Below, piece by piece: positions 44,822-54,310 of a DNA stretch of 64,000 nucleotides. Positions within the stretch are counted from its first letter, which is position 1, and each line of letters starts with the position of its first letter. The position numbers and the translations under genes were made by a program. The notes under the pieces are model-generated. The model did not search any database. It worked only from the letters and a program-made list of their open reading frames with translations, and had not been told where the DNA came from. This DNA comes from Polaromonas sp. YR568 (GTDB lineage Bacteria > Pseudomonadota > Gammaproteobacteria > Burkholderiales > Burkholderiaceae_C), in the NCBI RefSeq assembly GCF_943372955.1, contig NZ_CALSAL010000006.1:11888-75887 (forward strand), read 5' to 3'.

Positions 44822-45998
44822 CATTGACACCGCCATTGAAGACAACGCTGACAAGAAAATCAGCAAGAAAGACCGTCACTTGAACGTCCTGATGAGCAGT
44901 ACCTCCTATCCGAAAGATCTTCAGGATTGGCGTGGTCGCTTCATCGCCAACCAGGCCGGGGCACTGGCCGCGCGTGATGACATTCGGCTTTCCCTGTGGG
45001 CGCCGCCGGGCGTCTTGCCGCCTCGGGTGAGCGATGCAAACAGCGCTGCCGACTCACGCTGGCTGGAGCGGCTGTCGCAGCAAGGCGGTATTGCACACCT
45101 GCTGCGAACTCGGCGCGTCATGGCGGCCGGCACCATCGTGGGCTTGTTGGCGCGGCTAGGCCGCGTCTATCGGCGCCAGCCAGTCGACGTGGTCCATGTG
45201 AACTGGCTCCAGAATGCCTTGCCGCTCTGGGGCACCACAACCCCCGCCCTCATCACGGTGTTGGGAACCGATTTCGGCCTGCTGCAGCTGCCCGGCATGA
45301 AAAACCTGCTCCGCTCGGTGCTGCGGCAGCGGCGTGCCATCCTCGCGCCCAATGCCGAGTGGATGCAGCCTGCACTGGAGCAGGCATTTGGAGACCTCGC
45401 GGAGGTCTGCCCGATTGCGTTCGGGGTCGACGACCCATGGTTCGACGTGGTGCGCCGTCCTGCGGAAGGCCTCACGCGCCATTGGCTGGCCGTCACGCGG
45501 CTGACCCACCACAAGATCGGCGACCTGTTCACGTGGGGTGAAGGGCTTTTTGGGGAGACACGCCAGCTGCACCTGTTTGGCCCGATGCAGGAGACGGTGG
45601 CGCTTCCTGCATGGGTGCACTATCACGGACCGACGCACCCGGCTGATCTTTTGCAGAACTGGTTCCCCCAGGCCAGCGGCCTCATCACGTTGAGCCGCCA
45701 TGCTGAGGGCCGGCCGCAGGTGATGCTCGAAGCGATGGCAGCAGGACTGCCGGTGGTGGCCTCTGCCTTGCCGGCCCACCGCGACATGCTGCAGCATCAG
45801 GCAACGGGATGGATTACCGCCAACCGGGAGGAGCTGTCGCGTGGGCTAGAGTGGCTGGATGAGCCTGCGAACAACCAGGCGGTCGGTCAGGCGGGCAGAG
45901 CATGGGTCAAGGCGTCTGTCGGGACATGGCACGACTGCGCAGGCCGATACGCCGCTGCATATAGTCGGCTTTTGGGCACAGCGGGAGAGAGCCGTTGA
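44811..45998 (+). CDS. GT4 family (GT-B fold) glycosyltransferase
   Basis: ORF 44715..45998 trimmed to ATG 44811. LNVLMSSTSYP N-terminus; EGRPQVMLEAMAAGLPVVAS (E-x7-E region). Confidence 0.75.
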   Translation: MLIDIDTAIEDNADKKISKKDRHLNVLMSSTSYPKDLQDWRGRFIANQAGALAARDDIRLSLWAPPGVLPPRVSDANSAADSRWLERLSQQGGIAHLLRTRRVMAAGTIVGLLARLGRVYRRQPVDVVHVNWLQNALPLWGTTTPALITVLGTDFGLLQLPGMKNLLRSVLRQRRAILAPNAEWMQPALEQAFGDLAEVCPIAFGVDDPWFDVVRRPAEGLTRHWLAVTRLTHHKIGDLFTWGEGLFGETRQLHLFGPMQETVALPAWVHYHGPTHPADLLQNWFPQASGLITLSRHAEGRPQVMLEAMAAGLPVVASALPAHRDMLQHQATGWITANREELSRGLEWLDEPANNQAVGQAGRAWVKASVGTWHDCAGRYAAAYSRLLGTAGESR

Positions 45999-46879
45999 CG
46001 CGCGGTGACGTGTTGCTGCTGGGCGGCGGTGGCTTCATCGGCACTGCACTTGCTGCGCGCTTGCAGCAGTCGGGGCAGTCGGTTCGTATTCTGGGCCGCC
46101 TGCAGACCTCACAGACCTCACATCTTGCGGAGGCGCTTCGCGGTTGCCGCACCGTGGTGCATCTGGCCTGCACCACAACGCCGGGGGTATCTGCCACCCG
46201 ACCCGAACTGGAGCTGGGCAATATCGAACTCACGTCACAGCTGACGGCGTTGCTGCAGCATCAGCCTGAGACCCATCTGATCTTCTTTTCTTCAGGGGGT
46301 ACCGTGTACGGCAATTGCGGGCCAGAGCCTGTGAATGAAGACGCGCCGCTGGCACCGCTGTCTGCCCACGGCGAAGCCAAGCTGTTGCAGGAGTCTGCCT
46401 GTGAGGTGCTGCGCGCGCAGGGCCACGCCGTCACCATCCTCCGCCCCTCCAATGCTTACGGGCCCGGCCAGACCCTGAAAGGCGGTTTTGGCCTGGTGCG
46501 AACCCTGCTGGAATGCTCGCGGCAGGACATGCCGCTGGAGATCTGGGGCGACGGCGAGAACGTGCGCGACTTCATCTACATCGGCGACGTGGTTGAAGCC
46601 GCGGCGAGGCTGATCGGCCTGCCCAAGGACAGCGGCACCTACAACCTGAGCAGTGGCAATGGGTACAGCGTCAATCAGGTGCGGGATATGGTGCAACGGG
46701 TGTGTGGCCGCCGATTGGCGACGACCTATCGCCCGGCACGATCAGTCGATGTGCGCCGCGTGGTGCTGGACAACGCGCGGTCAAAGGCGCGACTGGGCTG
46801 GCAGCCAGCGGTAGCGCTGGAAGCCGGCATTGCAAACACCTGGTCATGGCTGCAAGGGCAGCCGAATCCTCAGCGCTGA
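45995..46879 (+). CDS. NAD-dependent epimerase/dehydratase (SDR)
   Basis: LLLGGGGFIGTALAARL Rossmann motif; SNAYGPGQ. The TTG start overlaps the upstream TGA; GTG 46010 is an alternative. Confidence 0.8.
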   Translation: MTRGDVLLLGGGGFIGTALAARLQQSGQSVRILGRLQTSQTSHLAEALRGCRTVVHLACTTTPGVSATRPELELGNIELTSQLTALLQHQPETHLIFFSSGGTVYGNCGPEPVNEDAPLAPLSAHGEAKLLQESACEVLRAQGHAVTILRPSNAYGPGQTLKGGFGLVRTLLECSRQDMPLEIWGDGENVRDFIYIGDVVEAAARLIGLPKDSGTYNLSSGNGYSVNQVRDMVQRVCGRRLATTYRPARSVDVRRVVLDNARSKARLGWQPAVALEAGIANTWSWLQGQPNPQR

Positions 46880-46913
46880 AGGTGGGGAGTATGCGGGAGT
46901 TTCTTTCTGTGAT

Positions 46914-46949
46914 GTCTGACCAGGCTGGCATTTTTGTTTCTGGTCAGAC
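46914..46949 (+). other. intercistronic hairpin (10-bp perfect stem GTCTGACCAG/CTGGTCAGAC, 16-nt loop) ending 3 nt before the next ATG
   Basis: Read directly between the epimerase stop (46879) and the GT2 start (46953). Confidence 0.4.
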
Positions 46950-46952
46950 GGC

Positions 46953-47885
46953 ATGAGTCTCGCCAGCCAAACCCCTCTGCGCTCGGCATCACGGGCGTCA
47001 ACCCCCGGTGCTGCGAACGTGTGCGCGGTGGTGGTCACCTATTTCCCGGACGACAAGCTGGAAGCCCGACTCCGCGCCGTTCTTCCGCAGGTGGCCAGAC
47101 TGGTGGTGGTGGACAACACCCCTGGCGAGGCGACGCAGCTTGGGCAGCGCATGGCTGCCTTGGGGGATAGCGTTCACTGCATCATCAACGGTACCAACCA
47201 GGGAGTGGCCACCGCACTCAATCAGGGGCTTGGGCATGCGCTCGGGCAGGGCCTGCCGTGGCTGCTGACGCTGGATCAGGACAGCTGTGCCCAGCCTGAC
47301 ATGGTGGCGGTTCTGGCTCGCGCCCTTGAAAGCAGCCAGCCACGCCCGGCAGTGATCGGCAGCAACTACATGGATCCGGTGAACCAGCGCCTGAAGATCA
47401 GCGTGGGGAACGAGGTGGTCGGTGTGGAGCAGAAGACAGTGATCACCTCGGGCAGTCTGGTTGACGCCGCGGTGGCGCGTGACATCGGCGGATTTCGCGA
47501 CGACTATTTCATCGATCAGCTGGATCATGAGTTCTGTCTTCGCATGCGTGCTCACGGGTACCGTGTGGTCATCAGTGGCCCGCCGGCCATGGTGCACAGC
47601 GTGGGGCTGACCGGCGGTGCGCGGCTGCCGGTGCTGGGTACCTTGCCCAACCATGGACCGGTACGCAAGTACTACATCGCGCGCAATACGGTAACCACGG
47701 TAGCCTTGTACTGGAGACATGAGCCGGTATGGTGCGTGCGTCGGCTGGTCCGACTGTTTCTGGGTCTGGCCGAAATGGCCTTGCTTGAAGACCGGCGCTT
47801 GCTGAAGGTTCAGGCGTTCTTCTGGGGCCTGTGGGATGGTTGGCGTGGGCGCATGGGGCCTTGCCAGAGAGACCTGGTCGGCTGA
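46953..47885 (+). CDS. GT2 family glycosyltransferase (rhamnosyltransferase-like)
   Basis: VCAVVVTYFPD...LVVVDNTP...LLTLDQDS (DxD). Confidence 0.8.
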   Translation: MSLASQTPLRSASRASTPGAANVCAVVVTYFPDDKLEARLRAVLPQVARLVVVDNTPGEATQLGQRMAALGDSVHCIINGTNQGVATALNQGLGHALGQGLPWLLTLDQDSCAQPDMVAVLARALESSQPRPAVIGSNYMDPVNQRLKISVGNEVVGVEQKTVITSGSLVDAAVARDIGGFRDDYFIDQLDHEFCLRMRAHGYRVVISGPPAMVHSVGLTGGARLPVLGTLPNHGPVRKYYIARNTVTTVALYWRHEPVWCVRRLVRLFLGLAEMALLEDRRLLKVQAFFWGLWDGWRGRMGPCQRDLVG

Positions 47886-47888
47886 GCG

Positions 47889-48767
47889 TCAGCGACCGAA
47901 CCCCATCCTGCGCAGAACCCCCCGAATTGCCGCGCCGAGGGCCGCACTTCGGGATACCCAGGGACTGGCGGTGATGGCCTTTAACCGGCGATAGGGCGGC
48001 ACAAAGTCGCGGTCCAACTGGTGAGCGCTGGGGGCCGTGATTCCATCTGGGCCCGCGTCGACTTCGACCAGTAGCGAAGGGCGTACATGGCCCTGCGTGA
48101 TTTCCTTCTGGATATCCTCGCGCTGAATGAATCCTGCCGCTACCGCCTTCCGCAGGCGGGCCAGCCACAGGTGACCCAGAGGGTGCGCATGGAACACCCA
48201 GGGCTGCGTACTCATGTCCGTGTAATGGAGCAGGGCTGTCTGGCCGGGCTCAAAGTGTTCCAGTGAATTCCATTCGGCGCGAATGTCGCTGCGAATGCGC
48301 GGTGCCACGCGCATCTCGTACATCAGTCCGGCGTAGTCGAGCCTTCCGGCATCCAGATCGGCCACGATACGCTCGATATTCCAGTCCAGCGTTTCGCAGT
48401 TCAGCAGCATCACGCTGAACTGCCCGCGGCGACCTCGCTTGCCTTCCTGAACGGTTTGCAGGTCGCAGGCGGTCAAATCGCTACCCCACACTTCTGCGAT
48501 GTCCCGAAACACCAGCATGTCGGCATCCAGGTAGATGGCCCTTCCGGTGAATCCGCACAGCTCCGGAATCAGAAAGCGCTGGAACGAGAAGGGCGTTCTC
48601 GGGCGGTTGGCCAGCGCTGCCGGCATGGGAATGGTGCGGCTGAAGCTGTCAATCGAGCGCAACTCCACTGGCACTGACGCCGTTTCCTGGAGCGAGAACT
48701 CCAGGACCCTGGCAGGCAGCCACTCGGAGGGCGTCGCGGCGATGAAGATTCTGATCGGTGTTTCCAC
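47889..48767 (-). CDS. GT8-like nucleotide-diphospho-sugar transferase (paralogue of 55103..56020)
   Basis: IRIFIAATPSE..., FSFQRFLIPEL, AIYLDADMLVFRDI (DxD), LLHYTDMSTQPW. Confidence 0.55.
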   Translation of the reverse strand: METPIRIFIAATPSEWLPARVLEFSLQETASVPVELRSIDSFSRTIPMPAALANRPRTPFSFQRFLIPELCGFTGRAIYLDADMLVFRDIAEVWGSDLTACDLQTVQEGKRGRRGQFSVMLLNCETLDWNIERIVADLDAGRLDYAGLMYEMRVAPRIRSDIRAEWNSLEHFEPGQTALLHYTDMSTQPWVFHAHPLGHLWLARLRKAVAAGFIQREDIQKEITQGHVRPSLLVEVDAGPDGITAPSAHQLDRDFVPPYRRLKAITASPWVSRSAALGAAIRGVLRRMGFGR

Positions 48768-48821
48768 GTGAGCTCGTCGTTACCGCTACTGGCCTGTCGT
48801 CAGAAAGTACTGCGGGCTTTG

Positions 48822-49415
48822 TCAGCTGGGCAGGTTGGAGAGGATGACCACCACATTCTCCTTTTTGCCCTTGCGGAACTCCGAGCGGGCGATTCGCATG
48901 TTTCCGCCCAGCGGGTGGGCGTGAAACAGCGCAAGCCACTGTTCGGGAGGCAGTATCGACAGGTGGCTGTGACCGTCGTCGTAGCAGGCAATCTTGTGAA
49001 AGTGAAAGCGCCCCGAGCCAAGCGTCTTGTCAATCACCCCTGGCAACAAAGCGCCGGGCAAATGCTCAAGGAAGTCTGCGGAGACGATCAGATCGTAGCG
49101 CTGGCTCAGCTCCAGCGTGGACACATCGGCCTGGATGAAAGCCACGTTGTGCCGCTCATGCAGCACCTTTTCAAGATGGGGTGACTTCGCCCAGTCCACA
49201 CCGGTCACGGTGGCCCAGTGGTTTGCGGCGGCTTCGAGAAACCGCCCGTTGCCGCAACCCAGCTCCAGAACCGTGTCGGTGCGGCGCGTCACCCGCTGGA
49301 GTTGCTCCATTTCGGGCAGCAGCCAGTTATTGGCCAGGAAGGCGGGGTTGGTGTCGTGCAGGGTCTGGTAGTAGGCGGCCCCAATATGGTCTCGGCTGGA
49401 AGTCATGGAAGGCAT
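48822..49415 (-). CDS. class I SAM-dependent methyltransferase
   Basis: VLELGCGNGRFL...VTGVD...DLIVSADFLEHL. Confidence 0.75.
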   Translation of the reverse strand: MPSMTSSRDHIGAAYYQTLHDTNPAFLANNWLLPEMEQLQRVTRRTDTVLELGCGNGRFLEAAANHWATVTGVDWAKSPHLEKVLHERHNVAFIQADVSTLELSQRYDLIVSADFLEHLPGALLPGVIDKTLGSGRFHFHKIACYDDGHSHLSILPPEQWLALFHAHPLGGNMRIARSEFRKGKKENVVVILSNLPS

Positions 49416-49418
49416 TTT

Positions 49419-50585
49419 CTAGGCAAGATGCCACTTGGCCAGCGGCTGGAGACTGATGTTGTTGAGGTACTCCCCCGCCACCCTGAACGGAAAGGGCTCG
49501 CTGAGAAACTGCTGCTCGCCGCTCTCGCTGAAGCCCAGAACCAGCAGCTGGTAGCTTCCCGGACACAGGCACTGGGGTCCCAGTTGTACCTTGAAATTCT
49601 GGCATGGTTGCGCCTTCAGGCCGCTGCGTCGGGAGTTCCATTCCACCAGCGGCCCCGCGCCGGCCTGCTGCAGGATCACGGACAGGGTCAGCGGCGTCGC
49701 CACCTGGATGTCGCCTTCGACCCGCATGCGGTCTGCAAAGTGAACCGTATCACCTGCGACCAGCGGGCCTTGGTCGCCGTGAACCTGAAAGCGAACGAGA
49801 TCCGATCTGAAGCTGACCGACTTGCTGTCCACTGGCGGCGCATGCTGCTGGTAAAGCGCAATCGCTTTCTGGGGATCACCCTGGAACTCAACCCGACCCT
49901 GCTGGAGGTACAAGGACTTGCTGGCCATGCGGCTCACCTGGTTCATGCTGTGGCTAACCATGATGACGGCACACTTCTGCCGCAGTTCGTCGATGCGGGC
50001 ATAGCACTTCATCCGGAAGCCAAGGTCGCCGACCGCCAGAATTTCGTCGAGCACCAGCACGTCCGGCTCAATGCAGGACGAGGCTGCAAATCCCAGCCGC
50101 GACTTCATGCCCGAGCTGTAGAACTGCACCGGAGAGTCGAAAAAATCTCCAATGTCAGCGAACTCGCGAACCGCAGCCACATAGTTCTCCAGAGGCTTGC
50201 CGTTTTTACCGAGCAGACGACCGCGAATGGTCACGTTCTCGCGACCGGACATCCGTGGCGAGAACCCGGCACTCATCTCGATGATGTGGCCCACCTCGCC
50301 GCGAATGTCAATGCTTCCGCGGTCGGGTCGGAGATTGCCGGTCAGGCATTTGAGCAGCGTGCTCTTACCCGCGCCGTTGTGACCCAGTACCGCGAGGACC
50401 TCGCCGCGGCGCACGGTCGCGTGGATGTCCTGCAGCGCCCAGAACTCCTGGCTGCGAAGCTCAGGGGTTTGGCGCCCGAGGCCGAACGATCCAAGCAGCA
50501 ACTGCTGGCTGGCATAGCGGAACGACTTCTTCAGGTCGCCGGAATACTTCTTCCAGAGGCTGCGCACGTCGACAAGGTGGTCCAT
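49419..50585 (-). CDS. wzt: polysaccharide ABC transporter ATP-binding protein with a C-terminal carbohydrate-binding extension (Wzt-like)
   Basis: ORF 49419..50960 trimmed to Met126 (ATG 50585-50583, overlapping the wzm stop). GHNGAGKSTLLKCL, SSGMKSRLGFA, VLVLDEILAVGD. About 140 extra C-terminal residues. Confidence 0.85.
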   Translation of the reverse strand: MDHLVDVRSLWKKYSGDLKKSFRYASQQLLLGSFGLGRQTPELRSQEFWALQDIHATVRRGEVLAVLGHNGAGKSTLLKCLTGNLRPDRGSIDIRGEVGHIIEMSAGFSPRMSGRENVTIRGRLLGKNGKPLENYVAAVREFADIGDFFDSPVQFYSSGMKSRLGFAASSCIEPDVLVLDEILAVGDLGFRMKCYARIDELRQKCAVIMVSHSMNQVSRMASKSLYLQQGRVEFQGDPQKAIALYQQHAPPVDSKSVSFRSDLVRFQVHGDQGPLVAGDTVHFADRMRVEGDIQVATPLTLSVILQQAGAGPLVEWNSRRSGLKAQPCQNFKVQLGPQCLCPGSYQLLVLGFSESGEQQFLSEPFPFRVAGEYLNNISLQPLAKWHLA

Positions 50586-51391
50586 CAGTCGCCAATCCTT
50601 TCCAGAAGGACGGGCACCTGCCAGCGCAGCTGCAACGCAGACCAGACCATGACCGCCAGCCCCAGCAGTGACCAGCTGGCAAGCGACAACAACGGAACCG
50701 ATGCCGGCAGGCTCTGCAAGCCAGCGTTGACCGACGCAAAAGGCGCTGACAGCGGGTTCATCAGGTGCACCCAATACAGAACCCGCTGCGGGTCTGTGAC
50801 CTGCGCGTAAAAAATCGGGGTCACGAGAATCAGCGGTAGGGCCAGGGACTGCAGGGCTTTGCGGATGTCCGGATAGAGCGCCGACCACGGCGCGAGAAAC
50901 AGGCCCAATCCGTAGGCCGTGATCTGCAGTGCCACCAGACCAGCGGCCATTGCCAGCCATGATGCCGGTTGCGCAGGCAACGCGTGGCCGAGCAGGAGCA
51001 GTACCACCAGAATCAGCACCATCCGGATACCGAGGCTGACCAGGCCCTCCAGTGCAACGGCAAAGATGAATGGCGCCGGGCCCATGCTCAGGCCCCGCAT
51101 CAGCGCGCGGTTGCGCCCGACGACGTCTGCCATGTCCTGCACCAGTGCCAGCCAGAACTGCACCAGCATGACACCGCAGAATGCGGCGACGAGTTCCCAG
51201 CGCGGGTTACCATCTGAAGCGGTCGCATCGGCCATGAATTCTCGCTTGAGATAGACGAAGCCGACGGCGTACAGCGCAGGCACCAGAAATGTCCAGCCGT
51301 AACCCAAGGCGTGGTCGCGGATCTGGATGCCGATGTTGCGTTGGGCGAGCACCCAGCCAGCGCTTGCATGCGTTCGCAGGCTGTCCATCAT
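50585..51391 (-). CDS. wzm: ABC-2 type polysaccharide transporter permease (Wzm-like)
   Basis: Six hydrophobic helices; directly upstream of, and overlapping, wzt. Confidence 0.8.
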   Translation of the reverse strand: MMDSLRTHASAGWVLAQRNIGIQIRDHALGYGWTFLVPALYAVGFVYLKREFMADATASDGNPRWELVAAFCGVMLVQFWLALVQDMADVVGRNRALMRGLSMGPAPFIFAVALEGLVSLGIRMVLILVVLLLLGHALPAQPASWLAMAAGLVALQITAYGLGLFLAPWSALYPDIRKALQSLALPLILVTPIFYAQVTDPQRVLYWVHLMNPLSAPFASVNAGLQSLPASVPLLSLASWSLLGLAVMVWSALQLRWQVPVLLERIGD

Positions 51392-53418
51392 GTGCCGCCC
51401 CTGTGGCCTTGTTGTATTTTCGACCTGATCTGGTTGGCCAGGGCCATCAGCTGCCGGGAGGCCTGCTCAGGCCTCGACATGTCGATGGCGTAGTCGTCCA
51501 GAAACCAGTTGACGAAATGGCGGTACTTCTTTTCAAGCGCTGTGCGCTCGCTTTGGAGGCAGTGGTCCCACGCAGTATCCAGCAGATCTGTTGTGGCATG
51601 GAAAGTGACACAGTCGTACTCCGCGCGGCCGAAGGTGACCACCGGCTTGCAGTGCAGAAGCGCTTCGAAGCCGACGCCGCTGTTGATGGTGTACACCGCC
51701 GTCGCGCGGCCCAGCAGGTCGTTGATATTGGCCTCGCTCCAGAACACCGATTGGTGGTCCACAAAAGTCTCGAACTGGCGCATGGCTTTTTTGTTGGCCG
51801 GGTGCGGCTTCATCACCAGCGCGACCTTGTTCGCGCGGGCCCAGTTGACTACCGCCTGAACCATGTCGATCTCCTCGATCGGAGAAAAATAGCGGATCGA
51901 CTGGTCATGCGGGATCTGCAGCGGCAGAAATATGAAAGGGCGGCACTGCGCGACCCCTTGTGCATCCGGCGCGAACGGCAGTTCGCCACTGGCGAGAAGG
52001 TCGGCGCTGGAGCGCTGTGGCGACTGGCTGAACTTGCTGGCCCATCCTCCACCCAGTAACCTGTGGCGATAGGTGTCGAAAGTGTCGCTGGCCGATTTGG
52101 CTTCCCCGAGCCTCACAGGGTAGATGCTGGAGGCGGCGCTCCATCCTTTCGGGTCCACCGTGAAGACCCAGCGAAAGTACTCCTGCATGTAGAAGTACAC
52201 CGGGGTCTTGCCGGAGGCCGGCCAATCCAGATGGCAGCGGTGCGGAATGAGTGCAAGGTCTGCATTGCAGGCGTCCACCCTGGCTGGATCAATCTCGTCC
52301 GCGGGAATCTCGAGGACCTCTACCGCAAGGCCCTGCGTCTCCAGTGCATGGGCCATCCGGATTGCGAACTCCTTCCAGCGCAGGCGCAAGCCCAGCGTGT
52401 CCTCCGCAAGGGCGGGTGGAACGCCTGGCGTCCTGGCCCGCTTCCAGGGCAGATCCAGTCGCGGCACGAACAGTGCCACTTGGGCCGGGCGGGGGGCGGC
52501 GCGCGCAATGCGCTGGAGAAGCCACTTCGAGGCCATCAGTGCCGAGCCACTGCCACTGAGCCCGCAAAGGAGTTGCTGCGCCGCATGATGCTGAGCGGCC
52601 TCATCGCCCAGCAGCAGGGACAAGACCAGAAACCGCACGTCGCTGTCCTTGCGTTTTCCCTTGGCTGACCAGACGATCGAGTCCTCGCTGAAATTCCAGT
52701 CAAGGTACTTTCGCTTCAGATTGAAGAAGCGGACGGACTTGGCATGGAGGCGCATCTGCCGATAAAAAACCAGCTGATCGGTGAACCAGTCCATGTGGCC
52801 TTCGGCCATCATGCTGGCGATCTCGGTCCCCAGTCCCTGTGTGAACTTCTGCACTTCAGCGCTCGAACGGAGCCAGACGGCTCCAGCGGCCACCGCCACA
52901 TGTTCCCGCGCCGGGTTGTCGGTGTCCCGAAGATCGATCACGACGTCCGCATCGGCCTTGTCGGTGAAATCACCGTCGATGGGGTTGACCACCAGCGAGT
53001 CGGCATCGAGGCACAGCACTGCGCCTGCCCCGGTATCGGCCAGCACGGCCGGCAACTGCAGGAAGCGGCTGCAAGCGTAGTAAGTGCGCTGCTGATCGAC
53101 CGGCCAGCCGGTCAGTTCGATCGACTCGGAAGAAACACCCAGTCGCGTGAATTCAAGCGAGGCAGCCAGTGCGGTGACCTCTGAGCAAAGCGCCTCAGAG
53201 GGATTGACCAGATGCAGCAGAAAAGCCTGCCCGGGAGAAAAAAGGTCAACACTTCTGATGAGTGCTTTGGCGTATTTGAAGTACGCCGCGTCGCAGGCGG
53301 CGAAGAGCAGCAGCTCGCCCTTGTTAACCTGGAGTGGAACCAGGCCATTCGTCAGTCGCCCGGTTTGTTGCGCCACGCGATGCACGCCTTTTCTTGCAAA
53401 CGGATTTGGAAAATGCAT
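51388..53418 (-). CDS. two-domain glycan biosynthesis protein: N-terminal GT-A-like domain + C-terminal Capsule_synth (KpsC/KpsS-like) domain
   Basis: N-terminal LCLDADSLVV (DxD). C-terminal RPFIFLPLQIPHDQSI, VMKPHPANKK and TINSGVGFEALLHCKPVVTFG resemble the KpsS/KpsC family. Confidence 0.55.
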   Translation of the reverse strand: MHFPNPFARKGVHRVAQQTGRLTNGLVPLQVNKGELLLFAACDAAYFKYAKALIRSVDLFSPGQAFLLHLVNPSEALCSEVTALAASLEFTRLGVSSESIELTGWPVDQQRTYYACSRFLQLPAVLADTGAGAVLCLDADSLVVNPIDGDFTDKADADVVIDLRDTDNPAREHVAVAAGAVWLRSSAEVQKFTQGLGTEIASMMAEGHMDWFTDQLVFYRQMRLHAKSVRFFNLKRKYLDWNFSEDSIVWSAKGKRKDSDVRFLVLSLLLGDEAAQHHAAQQLLCGLSGSGSALMASKWLLQRIARAAPRPAQVALFVPRLDLPWKRARTPGVPPALAEDTLGLRLRWKEFAIRMAHALETQGLAVEVLEIPADEIDPARVDACNADLALIPHRCHLDWPASGKTPVYFYMQEYFRWVFTVDPKGWSAASSIYPVRLGEAKSASDTFDTYRHRLLGGGWASKFSQSPQRSSADLLASGELPFAPDAQGVAQCRPFIFLPLQIPHDQSIRYFSPIEEIDMVQAVVNWARANKVALVMKPHPANKKAMRQFETFVDHQSVFWSEANINDLLGRATAVYTINSGVGFEALLHCKPVVTFGRAEYDCVTFHATTDLLDTAWDHCLQSERTALEKKYRHFVNWFLDDYAIDMSRPEQASRQLMALANQIRSKIQQGHRGGT

Positions 53419-53438
53419 GGCGTGGGTAATCCGCGTGC

Positions 53439-54239
53439 CTAGACCGGTGGGTGGGTGCGATTGGCGTAGATCAGCACCCGGTGCCCATTGCGCTCCTCGC
53501 GCAACTGCGCCACGTCAATATCGGTGAATCCCGAGCTCTGAAGCAACGACTTCAGCGTGTCCAGTGTCAGCCACTTGGCGTGGTCAAACATGCCGGCAAA
53601 GAAATCGCCTCGACCGCCTTCGCGGTAGTGCTTGTAGGGATAGCTCACACCATCGACCACGTAATGCCTGTCAGCTTCCTGTGGCGTTGCATAGTGTGTG
53701 TCCAGCAGGATGGACTGGCGCGTCAGCGGTAGCAGACGCTTGAGGTGGATGACCGGATCGGCCAGGTGATAAAGAACCCCGATGTGAATGGTGACATCTG
53801 TCGCGACCAACTGGGCCAGGTCGGCGGGCTGTTCGACGTCGCACTTGAAGACCTGCGGATTGAACCCGAACGCTGCCGACCGGACCAGAGTTTTGGCCAC
53901 GTTCTCGATACGCGAATCAATGGCGGTCACATGGGCGCCGTAGCCTGCCAGGGCAACAGTGTGGATGCCTTCAAAACAACCGATTTCGAGAACCGACAGG
54001 TCCTGAAGTGGAAGGCGGCGATCCAGTTCGGTGATTCGCCGATCCGGAATGGTCTGGGGCTTTCCCCTTTTGGTGAGCGAGGCGGCCTTGCCGAACTTGC
54101 GTCCCTGGCTGTCCAGCGTGAAGCATCGCCATGGCAACAGCCTGTTCAGTCGGCGCAGGTCCTCCGCATCCAGGTTGTCGACATGGGGTGTCGGGGTGTG
54201 ACCCGATACATCGGTGGAGAAGGGAAATTCACGCATCAA
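53439..54239 (-). CDS. class I SAM-dependent methyltransferase
   Basis: VLEIGCFEGIHTVALAGYGAHVTAIDSR. Confidence 0.7.
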   Translation of the reverse strand: MMREFPFSTDVSGHTPTPHVDNLDAEDLRRLNRLLPWRCFTLDSQGRKFGKAASLTKRGKPQTIPDRRITELDRRLPLQDLSVLEIGCFEGIHTVALAGYGAHVTAIDSRIENVAKTLVRSAAFGFNPQVFKCDVEQPADLAQLVATDVTIHIGVLYHLADPVIHLKRLLPLTRQSILLDTHYATPQEADRHYVVDGVSYPYKHYREGGRGDFFAGMFDHAKWLTLDTLKSLLQSSGFTDIDVAQLREERNGHRVLIYANRTHPPV

Positions 54240-54310
54240 GAGGTGTGCCGGTCAGTTGGCCAAATTCTAAGGCGCAGGTCAGCGGTCGCCCCGCGTCGTA
54301 CCCGCTCATG

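Noticed and set aside
49218-50810. 530-aa plus-strand ORF overlapping wzt/wzm
   Set aside because: The minus strand encodes a complete ABC ATPase (Walker A/B, signature) and permease. The plus-strand product has no motifs and an antisense-type composition.
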